Shown: one piece after another, positions 56,899-64,000 of the stretch
Layout of the letters: each line of letters starts with the position of its first letter
Position numbering within the stretch: the first letter of the stretch is position 1
Assembly: GCA_964016885.1 (NCBI GenBank)
Contig: OZ024746.1
Coordinates: 26,226,001 to 26,290,000 of the forward strand
From: Eledone cirrhosa
Taxonomy: Eukaryota
DNA: 64,000 bases
Reading direction: 5' to 3'
The notes under the pieces: generated by a model
What the model was told of the DNA's origin: nothing
The model's database searches: none
What the model saw: only the letters and a program-made list of their open reading frames with translations
Program-made: the position numbers and the translations under genes

Positions 56899-57089
56899 TA
56901 ATAATTGTATCTACTTTTGGCACAAGGCCAGCAATTATCCCAGTGTATTACTGGTACTTTATTTTATCGACCCTGTAAGGATGAAAGGCAAAGTTAACCT
57001 CGGCAGGATTTGAACTCAGACCATAAAGGGCCATAACTCTTTGCTGCAAAGGATGGCGACCAACCTTCTACCGATACTGCCAATCCACT
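56899..57089 (-). mobile_element. SINE family B, full length
   Basis: Reverse complement of 16776-16967. Confidence 0.88.
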
Positions 57090-58553
57090 GCCCCTATTAT
57101 AATAAGGATTTCTTTTATTGACCACAATGGTCAGCCAAAGACATTAGGGGCCAATACAAAGACAAAAACAACAGAGTGGGATTCACATTGAGTAAAGGAA
57201 AGGGGACATCACTGAAGAGAAAGCAGTATCAGAATAATAGAAACTGTAATAGTCATGATAACAATGCAAACAATATCAAATGTCAACTAAGATCAGTTCC
57301 CCAATGGTTGCGGGAACTGCACTTTAAGATAGTTCCAATGAGAAACCTACACAAAATCCCTGATTACTCTGTCACCTCATGGCCATTGAAAGTGCCCTCT
57401 CCCAGTTTTTTTTTCCTCTTACTTAGAAAAGCATAGTCAGAGTAGGCCCATTCAGCCTTGCCACTATCATACATCTTTCATAAAAACACACTGAATGGCA
57501 ACACCCCTATCTCTTATCTCCCTTTCTTCCTCAAATGGTACTTGAAGAAAAAAAATAACAACATTGAGAGTATGTAAGTGGTGTACTGAATGGAGGTGAT
57601 AAAGCAGTTTAATACAGGAAAGAAGTTCAATAGATAAACAAGATCTAAATATCAAATATAAATATTAAATCACATAGAATCATTTACCAAATAAAGATAG
57701 ACAAAAAGAAACAATATATATATTTTTTCCATTATTTTGCCATATGAAAATTTTCACAATAGAAAGCTTATGATTTGTTAAGTTTCAAGACATGGCAGCC
57801 TACATACCTAATATATTGATTTTATTGATTAGGTGGTAATTTAATCTCCTACAAAGAAGAAAGTGTTTTCTTCAAGACCAATATGTTTTACAATGTAACG
57901 TGCATTGATAGAAAAGTTGAAACAAAAGCAATTTAAACTAATACAACTTAAGCAGACTTTTAGCCATTTAATCTGCAATTTCAAGTGAACAGAAAATTAA
58001 GATATTCTCAAATAGTGAGATGAGAATAATTGAGAAGGAAATGGAGAGATGTGAGAATGGTATCGATGAAATTTAGTGAAACAAGTAATGTTTAGAAGTA
58101 GATAATTATAGTGGAGCTATATCAAAGATAAATTAGTGGAATGGAGTAGCAGCTGTTGTTGACTAGGTTGATCTGAAATTATGTAGTGAAGATTGAAGAC
58201 AGGTAGTCACAATAGTATGTTGTGTGTTGGACCTCTGTCAGTTCCAACAATGAGCATTTCAGTTGTTCAATCATCAGAAATGCCTGTTGCCATGATAAAT
58301 TTAGCAGCTGTTGCTATGGTGACATTATATAAGGGCCATCTCCTGGTGACTGTCATATTTATTTCATAATGTCTTCAGAACTTATACCAGCCATAGACAA
58401 TGTATTGAGAACAGTCTATCGTTGTTAGAGATTTGTTCAAGACTCCATTACATTACTGAATACAACAGAAAACTGAAGAAGTCCAGAAGATACAACAACT
58501 GAAATGTGATTATAACACCCAACACAAGGATATTAGTTTGAATATATCAGTGC

Positions 58554-58880
58554 ATAATAATTGTTTCTACTTTAGGCACAAGGCCAGCAATTACCCAGTG
58601 CATTATTGGTACTTTATTTTATCGACCTCATAAGGATGAAAGGCAAAGTAAACCTCGGCGGGATTTGAACTCAGACCATAAAGGGACGTAACTATGCTGG
58701 AAAGCATGGCGTCCGACTCTCTACCGATACTGCCAATCCACCACCTATAATCAATGCATAATAATTGTTTCTACTTTAGGCACAAGGCCAGCAATTACCA
58801 GTGCATTACTGGTACTTTATTTTATCGACCCCGTAAGGATGAAAGGCAAAGTCAACCTCGGCGGGATTTGAACTCAGATC
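58554..58880 (-). mobile_element. Two tandem SINE family B copies (58554-58743 full; 58757-58880 5'-truncated)
   Basis: Both begin TGCATAATAATTGTTTCTACTTTAGGCACAAGGCCAGC on the + strand. Confidence 0.88.
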
Positions 58881-58979
58881 ATAATAAAGATAATTCCTCT
58901 GAAGATGGCCAGAAGATACAACACTTGAAATATTGTGACTATAACAACCAAATGAGGACTAAAATAATAAAATCATCAT

Positions 58980-59235
58980 CAACCACAGTACAGTCTAACT
59001 ATTTCTCTCTCAGCCACAGTCTATTTTTCTCAGTCAATCACAGTATTTCTCTCTCAACCACAGTATTTCTCTCAGTCACCCATAGTCAAATCATTTCTCT
59101 ATCAGCCACAATCTAACTATTTCTCTCTCAGCCACGATCTAACTATTTCTCTCTCAGCCACAATCTAACTATTTCTCTCTCAGTCACAATCTAACTATTT
59201 CTCTCTCAGTCACAATCTAACTATTTCTCTCAGAC
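58980..59235. repeat. 26-bp minisatellite CACAATCTAACTATTTCTCTCTCAG(C/T)
   Basis: Five clean units at 59105-59233 with degenerate units upstream. Confidence 0.85.
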
Positions 59236-59639
59236 AGTCAGCCTCAGTATTTTGGAAATCTCACATTTCTGGAAGCGTGAATCACTGACTGTCTCCAATC
59301 ATTTACATCTCAACTCTTTAGAATGTTTTAAATATTTCCTGTTATTTCTTAATTGGATGTAAACAGAAGAGCTGATGTTTTCACTTTAAATTGTTAGAAT
59401 AATATTTAGTGCTAGTTATTGTTGTTGTTGTTACAGTGCACATCTATGTTGGTTTAGCTGGTTGGCTCTGTAAATTTAATTATCCTCCTATGATAGTATC
59501 TAATATGAGGTTTCTTGACTGTTTTAATGATTGAGGTCCCATTCCTATCATGAAACAACTTTTACCTTTTGGACCAGACACCAGTTTGCTGCTGGAACTT
59601 ATTTTTCTTTATTATCAATTATGTAAGCTGGAGCAACAT

Positions 59640-59865
59640 GAAATGTAGTACTGTGGGAGGGGGGAAGGACCACAAATGTAGTCCTGGGAGGGGAGTGTGA
59701 CCACAAATGTAGTACTGGGGGAAAGTGGAACCACAAATGTAGTACTGGGGAGAAGGGGACCACAAATGTAGTACTGGGGTGGTGGACAGTCAACAAATGT
59801 AGTACTGGGAGGAGGGGTCCGCAAATATAGTACTGAGGCTGCAGGTCGACAAATGTAGTAATAGT
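59640..59865. repeat. ~30-bp G-rich minisatellite GACCACAAATGTAGTACTGGGG..
   Basis: AAATGTAGTACTG recurs about 8 times. Confidence 0.85.
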
Positions 59866-60404
59866 GGTGAGGACTGTTGGCTAATGTAATCCTGGGGTCT
59901 TACTTTGTTGAAAACATAATATGCACACACTATAAACATTTCTCTCTTTTGATGGTTATTCTCACTGATAAAACTAGGATTGGAGGAATTGCAGCAGAGG
60001 GAATATGGGAGAATTCATTCATATAAAAGGGGTGTTTGGTAGTGAAAAGTTTTCGAACAAGTGAGTATGTATAGAAGTTTTGATAATTTCCCTATGACTC
60101 ACTTGTATACAGTAGAATATTGGGGTTATATAGTTTAGGGTGGGGGGCTGTTAATGTATACAGGTTACTGTAAAAAGTTACAGAGGAGCAGGCATGTCTA
60201 TACAATTAAGGAGTTAGCTTCAGGTTCAGTCCCACTGCATGGCACCTTGGGTAAGTATCTTATGCTGTGTGAGTACATTTGGTAGGCATAAACTGTATAG
60301 AAGCCTTGTGTGTGTGTGAATCCAAAGCACTTAAGTTAATAAAAACTTTACCATACTGAACTGTATGGGTTGGCAACAGGAAGGGTATCTGGCTGTAGAC
60401 ATTT

Positions 60405-60916
60405 ATCATGCAGTAGATGTACAGGGAAAGTTGACAGTAGTAATCGCAGTGATAGACACATCTTTCAAATGCAGGTGGGTTCTATAGAAGTGGTTGATAG
60501 CTTCCAGTACCTAGGTGATCAGATAAGCATGGGAGGGGGGGTTCCGAGGCCATAGTATCTAGAATAAGGATAGGTTGGAAGAAGTTTAGGGAACTGCTTC
60601 CTCTGTTGCGTATGAAAGGCCGGTTATATGATGCCCGGGTGAGATGCGCAATGCTGCATGGTAGTGAGACATGGGCAGCAACTACAGAGGATATGCGACG
60701 GCTGGAGAGAAATGAAGCAAGCATGCTCTGTTGGACGTGCAATGTCAATGTGCATGAACGACCAAGCATAGATGAGTTGGGTATAAGAGGGATAAGTTGT
60801 GGTGTGCAGGAGAGAAGACTGAGATGGTATGGACATATGATGCGCATGGAGAATGACTGCTGGGTCCCAGCCTTGCAAGCAGGGAAAACGGACGTAAAAT
60901 GATGATGATGATGATG
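60405..60916 (+). mobile_element. RTE LINE C-terminal fragment joined to a SINE-A-type tail
   Basis: CSRCTG..IEVVDSFQYLGDQIS.GGG..RIRIGWKKFRELLPL..MKGRLYDA..AMLHGSETWA..RRLRWYGHMMRM, then CCTTGCAAGCAGGGAAAACGGACGTAAA(ATG)n. Confidence 0.88.
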
Positions 60917-61551
60917 AAAGTGGAGATGGAATATTATTTACAAACTCTTAAATGCTCTAAATTAAACATTTAGCAATTTCAAAAGTCAGAATTAGAAGCA
61001 GAAAATTTGATGTTCTATTAACCTTTAACCTCCTGTAATGATTTAGCAGAAAATATCTAAAAACAGGTTTGTCAATTCAAATGTTTAAAGTATCTTTACT
61101 AATGGACAGATTGTTGTGAAAATGTTTTTTTTAAATCAATCAATGGCTATAACCAGCTAGGATAACATTACGTACAGTCATTTACATTATGAAGAAATTC
61201 CTGGACAATTGTGTGTTGGTGTGTTTGTAAATATATGTATGTGCAGGGACATGGAAATACTCGGTGTGGTGCCTGAGCATACAGTTAGCCCAACATGAGT
61301 GAGAGACACCTAATTCTTGTTAGGACATTATTCTACATTCTAAAGGAAGGAGAAATGATGTAAAACCTGCAACTCAATAGCAGCCAATGATGCTGGCCTG
61401 CTCTCCTATTTCAATATCTGTCTCCATTATTCAGAGAGTGGGATTGGTCCAGTGCAAGGCCTTTTTTTTCACCTTAAAAAAAATCTCCAACCACAGGTAC
61501 CACTTGATCTAAATGACTTTCATGTGTGTTGCATAAGCATGGCCTTTTCTT

Positions 61552-61672
61552 TTGCTTCAGTATATGCAGACAGGAATTTCAGTCCTTGGCAGGGCTAAAA
61601 AGTCATATTGGTGCCACCCACGTATGAGAAAAAGGTCAAGGGATTGCAATTCTCGAAACAGAGATGCACCCA
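61552..61672 (+). mobile_element. Probable LINE 3'-end remnant with a single C2H2-like finger
   Basis: Translates CFSICRQEFQSLAGLKSHIGATHV*, like the terminal C..C.R.F.S..GL.SH...H finger of some RTE elements; isolated, with no linker repeats. Confidence 0.4.
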
Positions 61673-62226
61673 TTATGTATGTGCAGTTGCAGGAATTCTG
61701 CCTTACAATGGGATCAAAGAGAGAGAGTTGAAGTGATTAACAGGTGTCAACTTCCCTCTCAAGCTTAATGGCTAGGTTGTAACAGTCATTCCTATCTGTG
61801 TTTCATAGTGGAGGACAAACTGCTGCTGAAAGGATTAGCTTATGTTGGTCAGTATTTTATAAAAGAACAAGTCCTCGCATCAATTCCTGAAATAGTAGGC
61901 ATTTGAAGCACCAAAGCCATTGAATTTGGGGCACTGAAACCGTTAAAGAAGAATACAATGTGATCAGGAAAACATACAAGATTCTCAATAAATGTTTATT
62001 TCCACAATAAGTCTGTATATAATATTTAGTGAGAAGTTTGAGGGGAGAACAAGAAAACATGACGTATTCATAATTCAAAATTAGCTTTTTCCATTTGACT
62101 TTGAGTTACATATTTTTCCCCTAATTTTGAATAAATAATCCAGATTAGAAATTATTATAATTTTTTTGTTTTAATAAAAAAAAAATCATTATTATTATTT
62201 ATTATTTGTATTTGTATTATTATTAT

Positions 62227-62227
<1 letters not shown>

Positions 62228-62314
<87 letters not shown>
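62228..62314. repeat. (AGT)n microsatellite
   Basis: Perfect trinucleotide run. Confidence 0.98.
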
Positions 62315-62315
<1 letters not shown>

Positions 62316-62831
62316 ATTTTCACCTCTTGTTTCAATATTCAAGCTTTTTTTTATTTCTAATTCTCAAAACAAAAAGTAAAATATTGAAAAAAGAAAGAAA
62401 ATTCCTATATTAGAAATATTTTTGTGAATCTCCATAAATTTTGGCAAACTGTGCCATGTGAGAATTAGGTTATAGAAGCAGAGTGAATATAAAGTTGAAA
62501 TATTGAGCTAAGACATGTCTCTATTTCACACATATACACACTCATGAACTCAAATGCATGATATGAGAGAGAGAGAGTATGTGTGTTCATGCATGTGTAT
62601 ACACACACACACACAAGGGTCAGCTAACCAAGATACTCTCATGTCTCAACAGTCTCTAGAAAGAAACACTATTAGGAAGAAGAGTTGAAATTAATACATG
62701 CAAGATTTCACAGTTCTAGCATCACTCATTCATAGTTAGCATTTGAACTTTTCAGATGATCCTCTTATATATATATATATATATATATACATACACACAC
62801 AAAGACATATATACACATTCACATATGTATG

Positions 62832-62873
<42 letters not shown>

Positions 62874-63417
62874 TACATACATACATGCTTATACATCCAC
62901 ACCCACATATATATAATACACATATATACATAGCTGAATTGTAAGTGTGTATATTAAAAAGTTGTTTTTTTTCCATTATAACTTTCATATTCCTACTTTA
63001 TATTATTTTTGTCAATTTATTTTTTATTTTTAATCAACCAATTCAAACTTTTAAAGTCAAACAACGTTAATTAAAACCATATTCAAAAAAAAAAAAAAAA
63101 AAAAATTTAAGAAATTATAAGTATAAATTTTTAATGAAAAATAGAAACCATAATTTGTATCAGTTTTTTTTTTTTTTGTTGCAGTAAAACTATTGTCTAC
63201 TGATAAATTCCTATCTTTGATCATCTGTCGTGTATAATTTATATAGAAAACTTGAACTAACTCTAGCAAGACTGAAGAAAAATATTGCTGCTTTTCTTTA
63301 TTCAGCGTAATGCTATCAGTAATATTCTGCTATAACAACATTTAAAGTTTAAAAAATTAAAAATTAAAATATATATTGCAAATTGAAGAGTTTATTTATC
63401 GACATATCAGTGCTAGG

Positions 63418-63625
63418 TCATCATCATCATCATCATCATCATCATCTACATCACCATCACCTATGTTACCATCATCATCTATATCATCATCATCATAATT
63501 GTTATCTACATTATCACCACCACCACCTATGTTACCAACATTATCTATACCAACATCATCGTCATCTACATCATCACCACCACCGCCGCCACATATATTG
63601 TCATCATCATCATCATCTACGTCTA
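63418..63625. repeat. Degenerate (CAT)n/(CAC)n trinucleotide tract
   Basis: Explains the poly-His and poly-Asp ORFs. Confidence 0.9.
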
Positions 63626-63767
63626 CACTTGAAATAAAAGACTTGCAAGAAAAGATTAAATATTGAAGAAGGAAGATTAAGCTTTTTACAAAATTGAAGA
63701 TAAGCAAACTTTAAACAGAGAATATATTTCAGATTTGGTTTTTAATATTAGAGTTACTTTCATATCA

Positions 63768-63975
63768 TAGGTTTGTGGAGTGGATAGCAGAGGTTTCTAG
63801 GTTTGATAACAGAGGTTTGTGGATTGGATATCAGAGGTTTGTAGATTGGATATCAGAGGTTTGTGGATTGGATATCAGAGGTTTCTAGGTTTGATATCGG
63901 AGGTTTCTAGGTTTGATATCGGAAGTTTCTAGGTTTGATATCGGAGGTTTCTAGGTTTGATATTGGAGGCTTGTG
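63768..63975. repeat. 21-bp minisatellite GAGGTTT(C/G)TAG(G/A)TT(T/G)GATATC(A/G)
   Basis: About 10 tandem units. Confidence 0.9.
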
Positions 63976-64000
63976 GGTTTGGAGAAGAATCTCCAAATCC

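Noticed and set aside
58250-58282. Minus-strand CTGATGA...GAAA motif
   Set aside because: No proper stem I or II; it lies in a decayed repeat similar to 34210-34300.
61552-61625. Host C2H2 zinc-finger gene exon
   Set aside because: Single finger, no TGEKP linker, immediate stop; better explained as a LINE terminus.
63383-63707. His-rich (+) or Asp/Gly-rich (-) protein
   Set aside because: Degenerate (CAT)n tract, with no convincing start or splice signals.

Overview
AT-rich, repeat-dominated eukaryotic DNA with a 200-N assembly gap at 48732-48931. The abundance of (TA)n/(CA)n microsatellite, tRNA-headed SINEs with (ATG)n tails and RTE LINEs suggests a coleoid cephalopod such as Octopus; this is an inference, not a search result. 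No host protein-coding gene can be supported. Almost all long ORFs in the track (Y/I/H/T/C/M/V-rich) are translations of micro- or minisatellites. Real coding remnants are all transposon-derived: two long RTE-clade LINE pieces (endonuclease plus RT start at 54-56 kb; RT to 3' tail at 30-32.5 kb, with a PHD-type Cys4-His-Cys3 finger inside the RT), many small RTE fragments, a Penelope-like GIY-YIG C-terminus and two non-autonomous Helitrons with intact TC...CTAG ends. Two SINE families, piggyBac- and mariner-type MITEs and several satellites are also present. The most notable observations are three minimal type-I hammerhead ribozyme motifs, a 6-kb almost pure A/T array enclosed by 45-bp inverted repeats, the PHD finger inside the RT, an apparent LINE/SINE pair repeatedly inserted in TA-rich repeats, and several fold-back structures. 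Boundaries were read by eye and may be off by a few bases.
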